A DNA stretch of 64,000 nt, taken from assembly GCA_943704425.1 (NCBI GenBank), contig CALSCP010001493.1, positions 42,196 to 106,195 on the forward strand, given 5' to 3'. Under the pieces are notes generated by a model, which worked only from the letters and a program-made list of their open reading frames with translations, was not told the origin of the DNA and made no database searches. Below are positions 38,619 to 51,219 of this stretch, piece after piece (positions within the stretch are counted from its first letter, which is position 1; each line of letters begins with the position of its first letter). Made by a program: the position numbers and the translations under genes. Source of the DNA: Ministeria vibrans ATCC 50519. Its lineage: Eukaryota; Protista; Filasterea.

Positions 38619-41397
38619 ATGTCGCGCAAGTCACCGTCCACCTCGAGACGAGCGCGTCCCAAGGTCGCCAACGACCCCTTTGCCGGCCTAGCGTTGTGCG
38701 GCAACGCCGTTGCTCTCGGCAACCGTCTCACTTCCGCCGTTGACCGTCCGTCTTCACCGCCAGCTGCTGCAGCTGTATCGTCACGTCCTCACATCACCCA
38801 GCAGCCTCCCGCACGCAATGTCGCTCAGGTACACAGTGATTCCTTTTCAGCGAAGAGTGAAAAAGCAATACTAATTAGCGCAGAATTTGAATTTCTCCCG
38901 ACCTCTGACCGAAAATGGCCCGTCAAAGAGCCTGCGCGAGACGCGGTCTCTTTTTGCATCGTCTGCTCGTACGAATCGATCGACTGCGAGTGCCGTCCCG
39001 TCGTCTCGCACTGCAGACCGAACGCGACTGTTTCCCTCCGTCGACTCGTCCCCTTCTGCGTCTCTCTCAGCGTCACTCGCGTCCCGTGCCGAATTCGAGG
39101 CGCTTGAGCAGGCACTTGCCAGTGGGAATAGTTTGAACAGAGAAGATGCCACAACGCCGCAGGGCCCCTTGTCGGAAGGAGGGCGACGGTCAGGCCAGCG
39201 TGCGACACCGCTGGCGTTGCTCGAGCAGGTCACTACGTCGCCTCAGTCCTTTGTGAGTGTGACTACGCCACCAGCAAGCACTGTGGGCATGTCTATCGGT
39301 TCGCTTGGTAGTTGGCTGTCGGACGGTGTCGACGGCGGCGATGCAAAAAGCCGGCCGTCAACATCGTCGAGTATGCGTGGCAGCCGTGGTGGAGGCAAGC
39401 GAGTGACGTACGCCGATGAAGTGCGCGTGTCGTACTCGAGCGATGTTGCAGCAGCGCCACGCTTACCTTGGTGGAGTGCAACAGAAGATGAAGAAGAAAA
39501 GGGTGACGAAAAAGAAGGAGAAGAGTGGAGTGATGGGAAGATGCGGGTGGAGGAATTTGAGGACGGTCCAGTGCGTGTGCAAAGTGTGTCGCCTGTGCCG
39601 GACACGCTTACGGACGACCCTGAGTTTGTGTACAATTCGGTACGCCATCTGATGGAGAGTGCAGTGGAAGCGGCGAGTGATGGCGAAGAAGAAGAAGAAG
39701 AAGAAGAAGAAGAAAAAGAAGAAGAAGAAAAAGAAGAAGAAGAAGGAGGAGAAGAAGAAGAAAAGCAAGAAAGCGCTTCAGATGTGGAAGTGGAGTCGAG
39801 CGCTCTTGCGAGTCCAACCCCGTCGACTGCGACTGCCGCTGTTGCTACTGCGCCCGCATCATCCTTGTCAAGTACTAATGTGGCTGCTTCGGCTCCGTTT
39901 GCGTCGGCGCAGGCGGCGGTGCGTCAAGGGCGACAGTTGGCGGCGCAGGTGGCGCAGGCCGAGCGGGGTGTAATGGCGACTCTGGCGGCACGCTCTCGCA
40001 CACGCACTGCACACAACGAACTTGCAGTGGTATGGACAGAAGTGAGAGCATTGAGGGACAAACTGGATCGAGAACGAGAGCGAGATGCAGCGCAGTTGGG
40101 ACGCGATTTGGAGGATTTGCGCAATGAAGTACGGTCGTTGCGGGAGATGCTGGAGGGAGGACAGGAGAACGAGCGGGTACTGGAGCGCACAATGACGGGC
40201 ATTGAACGGGGACTGCTGACGCTCAAGGGACGCAATAAGAGCGAATGTGATGCAGAAGCACGCGAAGAGGAGAAGCTCGAACGGGAGGTGGCACTCACCG
40301 AGCGACGTATTGAGCTGTGGGAACGCGAAAAAGAGAAGCGACGCGCTGACGATGGGAAGAGGCGCAGTCAGCTGGTGGTAGGCACAGGAGCGACTGTAAC
40401 AACAACGCACCAGGCTAAGTCGGTGATGGGAACGACCCGCGACTTGTTGCCTGAGGTGCTGGCCGTCGAAGAGTTTCTGACGCAGGGCCGGCGCTGGGGT
40501 GGCTGGGACGAAGCGGATCATTTGTACTTTGCAAGGCACTTTGAGCGATTCCCGGAACCGTCACAACGCGCACGGTTGCTTGAGCGAGTTCGCATGCGAC
40601 TGGCGACGCGGTCGGATACAGACATTGAGGAGCACTGTGACTGGTTTGTCGAGTTGCGACGACTCGAAGAGGCCAAACGCTATGCGATTCGGCAGTGGAA
40701 GACGGAGCGCGCGGCCGAAAAGGCGACACAAGCGGCGGCGCGCGAGGCGGAGGTGGCACGACGCGAGCACGACGCGAGCGCACAGAGCGGCAAGGAACGA
40801 CTGCGACGGGGCGCGCTTGATGCGGTTGAGGCGGAGGCGGAGCGACGGCGGAAGCGTCGGGAAGTGGAGGAGTGGAAGCGAGAACGAGAAAGGGTGGTAG
40901 CGCGCGAGGCGGCGGCGGAGCAGGCGCGACAGGCGCGGCATGCTCAGGATCAGGAGGCGGCACGACGACGACGGCGCGAGGAGGCCAAAGCAATGTTAGA
41001 GGAGCAGCAGGCGATGCGACAGGCACAGGCGGCAGTGGAACGAGTGGATGCACGAGAGAAGGCACGTGCTGAGGCTGAGCGACGGCGCGTGGCGGCACAG
41101 GAAATTGCACAACGACGCGAACGGGATCGTCTCGCGGAAAAGGCGCGTGCACGCGATAAGGAAGCACGCCAACGAGCAAAGGCAGAGCGACAGCAGCGGC
41201 AAGAGGAGCAGCGACGTGCATCAGTGCGAGTGGAGCGTTCTCAGGCGCGTGCGATGCAGGTGACTGCGGCTGTGCGTGCGCGGCAGGAGGGACGCGATGA
41301 GCATGAGCAATCAACGCGCACAGTGCAGCGCAACTACACTGCGCAGCGTAGTGTCCGAGATATTCCGCGTACAGCCACTCCCGCCTGGATGAAGTAG
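38619..41397 (+). CDS. CCDC112: Coiled-coil domain-containing protein 112-like; exons 38619-38828 and 38884-41397
   Basis: LPEVLAVEEFL...GGWDEADHLYF...IEEHCDWF...AIRQWK; C-terminal IPRTATPAW. Confidence 0.8.
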
Positions 41398-41497
41398 AAA
41401 CACAACGCCAACCAATCCAGTCCAATATTTATAGTGGTGTATTTATGATTACTTTCATAATAATGAACGTCTTATTATTATTATTGTGATATGATAC

Positions 41498-41563
<66 letters not shown>

Positions 41564-41602
41564 ATTATTATTATTATTATTAATTCAAGTATTCCGGTGT
41601 GT

Positions 41603-43168
41603 TTACATAGTAAAAGGATCGGTGACGTTGACCCACGAGTCGTGTGATGCCACTGATACATTTGTCACACGGCCTTTCCCCTGCTTTCCCTTCTTCTTCT
41701 TGGCGTGCCCCTCATTCACTTTCTGTGACTCAGCAACGCGACCATCATCAGTACGTACACCAGCCGCATCTGCAGCACTCCCCTCAGGCTCAAACACACA
41801 TGCAGGCCCACCCTCCGAACGCAGCAGCGTCAGATGCTGTCTCCCGCGTGCCTCTCCCCCTACGCTCGTGTTGGGCTGCACCAGAGGCCACAGGTGTTCG
41901 GGACACCCGCGCGCTACTTTCCGGTACAGGCTCTCAGCAAGCTCCAGTGTTTTGTCCAGTGGAATGTGTCCTGAGAGGTCATTGGCCATCTACGTGTCAT
42001 GTCACAATACAACGTACAAAAAGAAATGAGCGAAGAAGGGCAAAATATTAAAATGGTCTGGGAAAGCCTCGAACCTTGAGAATATCTTCAAACTTAAGGT
42101 CGTTCTCGAGGATGTTCATGCGCTGGCTCTCAATGATTGCAGCGGCAAAGAACAGCTGGAAGTGTTCGGACAAGTAGCGCGTCCACAGAATCTAAAAAAA
42201 AACATATATTTTAATGGTGTCAGTGAATGAATGAGAATAACTAGCGTGTTTGTTGAGTACCTCCCATAATCGCATTGTCTCATCAAAGGTGAATTCACGC
42301 TTGAAATTGACGAGAAGCCATCGAAAGGCAAAGTAGAAATTGCTACTTCCATTGGACTCTGAAAAGAAAGAGCGAGGTGAGAAACAGAGGCACCAGGAAG
42401 TAACAGATAGTACCAAGATAAGCGTACAGACGTGGGTCAACAAACTTAATAAGATCACCCAAATCAGCCAATTGTTTCTGAATGCCAGCCTGCTCCAGTT
42501 CAAAATTGCCCAACTGTTTATAATTATAGGAGAGAGAGAGAGGAAGGGAGGGAGGGAGAAAGAACAAATAGGGAGAGAGGAAGGGAGGGAAGGAGAAAGA
42601 ACAAATAGAGAGAAAGGAAGGGAGGAAGAAAGAATAAATAGAGAGAAAGGAAGGGAGGCAGAAAGAACAAAGAGAGAGAAAGAACAAATACAGGAAAAGT
42701 TGGGAAAGCACACAAAGTGAAATGTGAGCAAAATGAGGATAAAATCAGTGCAGGGGGTACGTACCATCATGTCCATGCAGCCACTAAAGCACCAGAAAGC
42801 ATCCGCGTCGTCTTCCATTACATACAGAATCACTGCTAGAAGATCGCTCATTCCTTGAACATAACCTACAAAACAAAAACAAAACAAAGGTCTTGAGATT
42901 AATGGTTTGTGTACAACTGCAGCGTACCCAAGTCAAAGTTGTAAAAAGCATAGGTGAGAAGAATGTTGTGCAGGGAGCGCAGAGCGGGAGCATCGTCGCT
43001 GGCAAAGAAGGGCACGGCGCGGTCTGTGCGGTGCACGTCCTTCTCAATGCGGTGGCGGTAGTCGCGGAAGGTGCCGAAGCGCGCCTCCTGCCGCGGCGTA
43101 ATGCTCGTCCATTGCTGCTTGAGGGTTTCATACGCCAGTCTACACAGTCAACCAAACCACACGTTAAT

Positions 43169-43214
<46 letters not shown>

Positions 43215-44062
43215 TACATTTTTTGTGGTTTAGTTTTAGTATTTTGTACCGTTGTTCTTTGCGGTTCTCGCGGCGCTCCTCAAACGTCGCGTCGTATCTA
43301 TCGTAGTTGAGCAGCATCCGCCAAATCTCCTTGCGACACTGTGGCTCGATCCCACCTGCAAACACGGCACCCAGCAGCCCCGAAGGCGACACAACGCGTC
43401 CGTCGCTGTCCATAAAGTGTCGTAGGTGCTCCTGATCGACTGGCGCAGTGCGTTGCAGGTCTGCCACCGGCTCACACCCGTCTGACTGCACACCTCATAT
43501 GAAATTCTTATCATCTCTTCTTTTTTCCACTTACGCTGAGCACTTCAAATGTGCCAATGTTCGTTGCAGTCTGCTGGCGACAGTCGAGTACGCTACTCTG
43601 GCGTCCCGCGTACACGGGTGGACGGCCGCCCAGTCGCCGTTCGTCAATCACTCGCGCATCGGGTCGTGTTGTCGGTTTATCGTTCCCTGTAAGGCATCAG
43701 AGGTGTGTCGTTTCAGAGGTATCAAAGGAACACACCGGGGCTTCCTTGTTACCTGAAGTTTGAACATACTGAGTGATGCGCGAGAACTTCTCCAAGATGT
43801 TCCAGCCAGGTAAAGTCCACACTGCCTGGGTGGTCGACTCGAGTCCGCGTCCGTGTCGCAGCTCATGCAGCGTGTTCGCAAGACGGTCCTCGAGGTCTGC
43901 CACAAGGTAGGTGTCGGCGTCTTGGTCACTACGAGTCAGCAGAACGTACTCGCCGAGTTCTCTGAGTGCTGACGAAAGACCCCCTTCGTGGAAGTAGAGC
44001 GGCGGAAGTGTCACGCCGTTCTGCAGCACAATGGTCAGCCGCGGATGCCCCAGTGATGGTGC
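41603..44062 (-). CDS. TBC1D15: TBC1D15/TBC1D17-like Rab GAP; 5' end lost near poly(A)
   Basis: LPPLYFHEGG; LEKFSRIT; GGIEPQCRKEIW; IEKDVHRTDR; GYVQGMSDLL; FAFRWLLVNFKREF. Confidence 0.88.
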
Positions 44063-44183
44063 CTACACACACACATATATATATTATATATATGCGGCAT
44101 TTGTTGAGTTCACGCTTGAGATTCAAAAAAATGGACGAGACGACAAGAACAAACATAAATAATAAGTCGACGGTCGAGTCCGA

Positions 44184-44224
<41 letters not shown>

Positions 44225-44351
44225 GCAAAGCAGATTCAATTGAAGAGCGTTTGCGTGCGCTTCAAGGTGCCGGAGAGATAGAACACAGCAACGGACATGG
44301 ACGGAGGGCAAACAGACGCGGTGCAGGCGCCTCTAACCCGCTGCAATCCAC

Positions 44352-44646
44352 TCACTGAACTGCGGAATTTCGACCTGACGTGGACAAACGCAAACCATAT
44401 AATAATATAAAACACCAAAATTCGCTCTGCAAGACGAAGAAGAAAGCGATGTAGGGAAAGATGCAGAGGTGGGTGGCGCGGCGAGTGAGCCGGGCGGCAG
44501 GGCTGGCTACCTTTCATGTTGTACTCGTACGAGACTGGCTCGTAGTAGAACTTCTTGTGGCAGCAGTAGTACCACAGGAAGACAAGCGCCACGCCGAACA
44601 CCAGCGAGAAGGTGATCGCGAGCGCCAGGTCTGACGGCGAGAGCAT
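44352..44646 (-). CDS. Small (~52 aa) single-pass membrane protein; exons 44646-44511 and 44374-44352
   Basis: MLSPSDLALAITFSLVFGVALVFLWYYCCHKKFYYEPVSYEYNMK|GRNSAVQ*; second exon uncertain. Confidence 0.55.
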
Positions 44647-44783
44647 GGCAATGTATCTGTAGTGAAATGATTGACAATTCACAAAATATTGACTTGTTTG
44701 CTGAGTTGCTTAATAATAAATTTTAACTAATAGTATCTGTTTCTAACAACCATTCTCTTCATGGGTGTATCATACGTGAGTCT

Positions 44784-44837
44784 ATGGGCTTCTTTCGGGA
44801 CATTATTGTATACAGTGAAAGTATTGTGCTGCTCTTT
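44784..44837. repeat. Dispersed two-box element, copy C
   Basis: 21/21 identity to copy A box 1; TACAGTGAAAGTATTGTGCTGCTCTTT. Confidence 0.85.
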
Positions 44838-44866
44838 GTTTTGTATAACGTTCTTAATTTCAATTT

Positions 44867-47800
44867 TCACTTGATTTCTACCACTTCGACTGGACCTGAA
44901 GGCAGCACAAGAGGAACGGACACCTTGAGAGGAGTCGACGCGCCAGTTTGATCAACGACAACCAAATGAGATGCAGTGGACGACGAAGGGAGCGACATGA
45001 GAGTGAGCACAACTGTGAGTGACGAGGAGACGGTGGCACGCGAGCCGGAGACAGACAGAGAAAAGCCGCGGTATTCGACGCCATGCACCGTCAGGTTGAG
45101 CGCAGTGTCGCCCGGAAGTGAGCGAAAGTTGATTGACAGGAACTTCTCCGTCACACGAATGCCAGCGTAACCGCTTAATATACCCTGTTTACAAACGCAT
45201 TAACAAAATATGAAACGACAGCGTAATAATAATAATAATAATAACTATAGCTATTTTGGATTACCTGGATGAACCCACCAGCGCCCGTAATAAAATTCTT
45301 TGCACCACCCGTTGGGGTTTCAAACCACACCTGAAAAGGCTGCTGGACGTTGGCATAGGAGCGGGGCAGCAATGCGGCGGCCTGCGCGTCCTCATGCAAG
45401 TCCATGTAGCCAATCATAAACATGGCCCAGGTCATGGCCGGCCCATTCTTGTCCGTGTGGTCGAGGTAGGCCTGTAAACACAACACGAGACACGACACGC
45501 ACGCACATGGAGAGTGTGAGCATCAAAAGACGGTAGTTAATTTGTTTGATATAATTTTGTTTTACGTTGAGATCGTTGAGACGGACCGTCTTTGAAATGT
45601 TAGTCATGAGAGGGAAGCCCGTAAGAATGACGTCTGCTTGCTTCACTTTGACGCCGTAGACATACGAAGCGTACTCAGGATGGTACTGGCGATCACTGTC
45701 AAAGGGGAAGTACAACCCATTGGCAATGTCTGTCCAGTTAGCAGGCACAGTCAAGTTCAGAGTGGGCAAAAGAGACGGCAGTGAGGCACCAAAGCGCAGT
45801 GACTGCTGTGCCACCGTGTTGGTAAAAAAGCTGTCGTCGACAGGGTAATGGTATTCGTCGGGTGGCTGCACGCGTGTGATGTGGTACTTGTGCGTCTCCG
45901 CGTTCAGCGATACTCGGTTCGCCCAAAACTGCGCAATGCCCATAATCAGAGGTACACTCTCACGCAAAAACGTCTCGTTGTGTGTCAATTGCCAGGTCTG
46001 TTGAAATGCAAAACTAAAGAAAAAGACGTAAGTCCTAGGAAGAAATTTCAAGCAAACATTGCGCACCTGATGTCGCCGCTGATGTGCTGCTCGTACTTGC
46101 TCTCGGGGGCAGACGCAGGACACACGTCGGCGCCCGTCACTGCGGACTCCCAAGGAAACATGGCACCTGCCCAGCCAAAGGAGTGTGCCTTTGCAATCGC
46201 ACTCTCTGCAAGAACAAGGGCACACGTGAGTCGGGCAATTTACATATTTTTGTGCGTTTCATACGCAGTCGGTCAATGCGGTACTGCAAACACGATCGAG
46301 CGAGTGTGTTTGTAAACAGATACATCAAAGGTGGGTACATCCACGTCTCTTGGTCCCAGAAGGTGTGTCTAAAACAAAAGAAAGGCGGGGGCGGCCAGAT
46401 GAGATGAGTCGACAATGGTACAGCGTTCAAGTGCATTTCTCCAACCCATTGTATGCGTCAGAGGCGAGTCCACCCGGTGATAGTCCCTGCGGCCAGTCCT
46501 CACGCACACTCGTCATAATGTAGTACATACTGCCCCACAGTGCACGACTCAACACCACATCGCCCTCTATTTAAAATCAGATGTAATGCAATGTAACGTA
46601 ATGTCCATGCAAAACATATACACATAGAAAGCCATGCAGAGCAACAGACAAAAATCAAAAATAAAACAATTATACAGATACAGTCACACACGCACACACA
46701 CACATATATATATATATAAATATACACTAAGCGTACCCACTTCAATTCGCCCATCCTCCCACAGTTCCTTCCATGCACTCTCGTGACGCTCTCGCAATGC
46801 ATTCACCTCCATAGCCTGCGCCTCTTTAAAGTGTGCCATCGCGTTGTTAATCACCGTCGCATTGTCAAGTACTCTTCCTACAGTTTGTTTACCAGACGCA
46901 GACCGGCGTAAGGACGCGCACAAAGCCACACCTTCGTATTGTGTACCTTGAATGTCAATATTGGTCGCAACCGACGTGAAATAGACAAACGTACGAGTCT
47001 CTCCAGATGCAACAGTGACATTGGACGGCACACTGTTGAAAACAAAACAAAACAAAAACCCATATTGATCGAATGAACCGCGACTTGCGTGTTACGTTTA
47101 GGGTACGTACGTAGAGAACGTGACACAAACGGACTGGAGGACACTCTTGGACTCTTCGCGTGCGCGAATAAACCCGAACCAGACGGTCTGGGAGTCATCG
47201 TGGTGCACTGTGGACAGCGCAAGATCCGTCGACGGACTGCCCGTGTTCACAGTGAGTGGGATATGCACTTGAGTGCTGCTTAATGCAGAGGCATTGACAG
47301 TGATCTCGTGCACAAGAAGGTGCGACAGAGCTACGTACACACCATTTGAGAATCATTTTTTATTCCTTCTCAATTCCTACCTCGATGGGCGTACATGCGC
47401 TGCTCCACATGCGCACCTCCATAGTCTAACCGACGAGTAAAAATTCCCGTCAGCACATTCATGGCCTCAATGGGCTCCATGGGAGGCGCCTGAGCGTAGC
47501 CTTGTATGCCCAAAGAGGTGTAGTTGTGTTCACGGGCGTATGCACGCCCATCGTCGGATGCCACGGTAAGATGGTCGCTGCGCGCGGTGCTGTAAAACGC
47601 CTCGACGGCAATAGGGTAGACGGTGGTGGCCTTGGACGACAGATAGCACGTAGGGCGGATGAGAGAAGAGCACTTGGGAGGCATATCGGTGGCCAAGTTG
47701 GCATTGTCTGCCGTCTGTTCGTTCCAGAACAGGTTGAGGGCAACATTCGCACTGCTCGACGGCGACTGGGCACACTCAAACTCACGGCGCACAATAGAAT

Positions 47801-48698
47801 AAGAACCGCCAGGACATACTGTGCTTGCCGCATCGGTGCACAACACACTATCCTGGCGATCACTCGAGTAGTACTGCGTGGCGGTCACTGTCACATTCGC
47901 TCTCATTGCATAGCCTTGGATGCCTTGGGGCTGGAAGCCCAACGAGAGCGCCTCGCGATGGCCCTCTTCCGATGCCACAGTCACGTGGTCCTTGGTCACT
48001 GGGTCGTAGAGCAGGAAGAGGGGCACCAGTCCGGGAGCTGGCGAGCGCTTCAGGTGGCACATAACACGCACAAGTGTGTAACCCTCCATTGACGAGTTGG
48101 TACTCGCAACGTTGTCAAGGGAGCGAGCACTCCAGAAAAAGTTGAGAGGCAGCGTATCTGCACTGGGGTGTGTCAGACAGGCGGCCTCCAAGCGCTCCTC
48201 TTGGTACGCCCCCGAGTCGCTTGGGCACACACTTGCATCTTGCGTCGCACACAGTGAGTGATCGCCGCGGTCTTCGCTGTAGAACTGCCTGAGCCACAAC
48301 GCGTCGGTTGGCGGCACCGGTGCAGATGCGGCGCCCACTGCGATGCTGAAGGGCGAGGGAATGCGCGCGCGATGCGACGGAGCGGCAGCACCCGCTCCGT
48401 TGAAGAGCCCGCTGACATAGACGGTGTCGCTGTCCACACTCGTCGCCACATAGCCGTTGCCGACGGACCCCTTGAGGTCGTCCGACACGGGCGCATCGTT
48501 GAAGAACAGGCTGCCGCGCCTGTAGCCCTCCTGCCAGTCTGCACGAGCGCAAACGAACAGTTGTCAACAAACAATCAAGTCGCGAAGTAATGTTGTTTGT
48601 TTCGGAGAGCTGAGACACCTACCGGCAGGAACTGCCGTCGAATACGCGGTGGTGGCAATCAACGCACCAATGAGAAGAATTTCGACCGTTGGTTGCAT
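44867..48698 (-). CDS. PGGHG: Secreted GH65 glycosidase (PGGHG/ATHL1 acid trehalase-like) with an inserted duplicated module
   Basis: Signal peptide; VGNGYVAT..VSGLFNG..HRARIPS; QRMYAHR; GLSPGGL; FWDQETWMYP; EQHISGDI; VQPPDEY; VKQADVIL; GPAMTW; NFITGAGGFIQ. Confidence 0.88.
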
Positions 48699-48802
48699 GA
48701 TAGATAGATAAAAATATTACTGTAAAAATATTGTAAATACTGCTAAGATCAAATCAATTATTATCTGTTTATTTTTTCACTTTTATTCTTCAATCTTTCG
48801 TC

Positions 48803-49461
48803 ATGAGTCGTCGTCAAGACGACGACATTGACCCCACCATGATGATGTTGGATCGGTACTTCAAAGAAGGTAGTGCGCCATAAGATCTGTTGACAAGTTC
48901 TGAATTAATGAGTTTTGTCGAGTACAGTGAAAGATCTCATCCTGTCACAACAGTCGCCCATTACGGGCCTGCTTGCGTCGCACATCGACTGGCCGGCGGG
49001 CCATGTGCCCAAGCGCGCCGACGGCTCGCCCGTGGTCGCCGGACGCGTTCACGACAACCTCTTTTCGATCATGTCGGTGTGGGCGCTCGCACTCGCCTAC
49101 CGCCGCGTTGACCACGACAGAGTACGCTGCACACGACCCACTATGGCCCGTTTAACCCCCCCTCTTGACTCCTGCTGTTGCGTAGGGACGCATCCACGAA
49201 CTCGAGCAGTCCGTTGTCAAGTGCATGCGCGGCCTTCTCATCTGCATGATGCGCCAACTGGACAAGGTGGAGGTGTTCAAGCTGCAACAACGCGAAGAGC
49301 ATGCACTGCATGCCATGTACGACGTCGAGACGGGCACACCAGTTCTCGCCGACGACCAGTGGTGCCATTTGCGTGTCGGCGCAACCGCTCTATTCATTCT
49401 GCAACTCGCCCAGGTACAAGTTCTCACTTGTTTCACTTGTTTCACTTGTTTTTCTCTCACA

Positions 49462-49496
<35 letters not shown>

Positions 49497-50333
49497 GTTT
49501 GTCTATTCATTGTTTCTATCTTTCCATCACTTGCTTCTATTCCTCTCTATCACTTGCTCTCTCTCTCGACTCGTTTTTTCTCTCTTTTGCCTCTTTTTTC
49601 TATTCCCTCCTCTGACTTTTTGTGTAAGATGGTGAGTTCGGGACTGGAGATTGTGTACACGACCGACGAGGTGGCGTGTGTCCAGAATCTCGTCTTCTAC
49701 ATCGAACGCGCCTACCGCACGCCCGACTACGGCGTATGGGACCCCGTGCACGGTCGCAGCGACCCGTCCACCCAGACTGAACTGCACGCCAGCAGCATCG
49801 GCATGACCAAGGCGGCGCTTGAAGCCATTGGCGGCCTTGACCTTTTTCTTGCCGGTGCGCCCCGCCAGCTTGCCTCACGCAGTGCCTCCACCATTTATGT
49901 CGACCCGGACGCCCATTACCGCAACCGCGATATCTTTGAGTCGCTCTTGCCGCGCGAGTCACGCTCACACGAGACCGATGCAGCTCTCCTTGCCATTACG
50001 GGCTTTCCCGCCTTCTCCGTCGACAATGAGCGTTTGCTCTCGGCGACACGCGAGCGCATTCTCAGCATGCTCGCCGGTCCCAACGGCTGCCGTCGCTTCA
50101 TCGACGACCCTCTTGGCGCCCGCTCTAAGCCTGTGGATCTCCAGCGACGTATCTCGGTTGCCTTTGAGCGTGCCGCCACAACGCCGGCGACCCTCTCGTT
50201 TGGACCCCAGTACACCGACGAGGACAAATTACCACACCATCGCCACCACAACTACCGCCACCAGCATAGTCACACACATTATCAACAGCAGCAGCAACAA
50301 CAAGAAAACCACCACCACCATCCTCATCATCGT

Positions 50334-50366
<33 letters not shown>

Positions 50367-51185
50367 AAGAAGCAGCCGTGTCCCGTCACCATTGTGCGCT
50401 CTCTTTTTTCTTCCCCGTCTACTCCGTCACTCTCTCCCTCTCAGAGTGCACAATACGCGGGTGTGACCGCTAGTTCGTCTGACCCCTCTTCTGCCAGCGG
50501 AAATAGTGACAGCCGCAGTGAACCCACAGTGGTCCAGGCCGAATGGCCCGTCTTCTATGTCTTTCTTCTTCTTGAGTCGCTCTTCCGCGACCGGCCCCGT
50601 CACATATCCGACTCCCTCCGCAACCACATCGAGACGCTCCTTGTGCCCTCGTCCGGGGCCTACCGTTGTGTCCCCGGCATGCACTGCGCGCCCGCCTTTC
50701 CAAACGCACCTTTTCCGGCGCCCGAGGCACGTCCTCTCCCCTGGGCCCACTCGCTCCTTCTCATCGCCGACATGATTCGCGACGACTGCATCGCTCCTTC
50801 CGACATGGATCCGCTCTCCCGTTGCCCTCGCGCCGCAACGCATCTTTCCCAGGCAGGCACACTGCGCTTCCGTGACTCCATGTCGTCACTTGCACCTATG
50901 AGCAATGGACGCAAAGACCTTGTCGTCCAGGTTGCTCTCATTGCTGAGACAGACCGACTGCAGGCCTTTCTCAACACATACGGTATTGTCACGCAGGTCC
51001 TCACCGAAATCGAGCCCACCCACGTCTGTCCCGCCCCGTTTCTCGTTCGCCTCTGCTCCCGCATGGGCGCAAACGACTCTCTTTCCCTCTCTGGCCGCCC
51101 TCCCCGTCCTCTTGGTTCCCTCTCTACCAGCAAAGTACCGAAAATTGATCAAACCTATAGCATACTGTTCTCGTCTCAACTCTTC

Positions 51186-51219
<34 letters not shown>

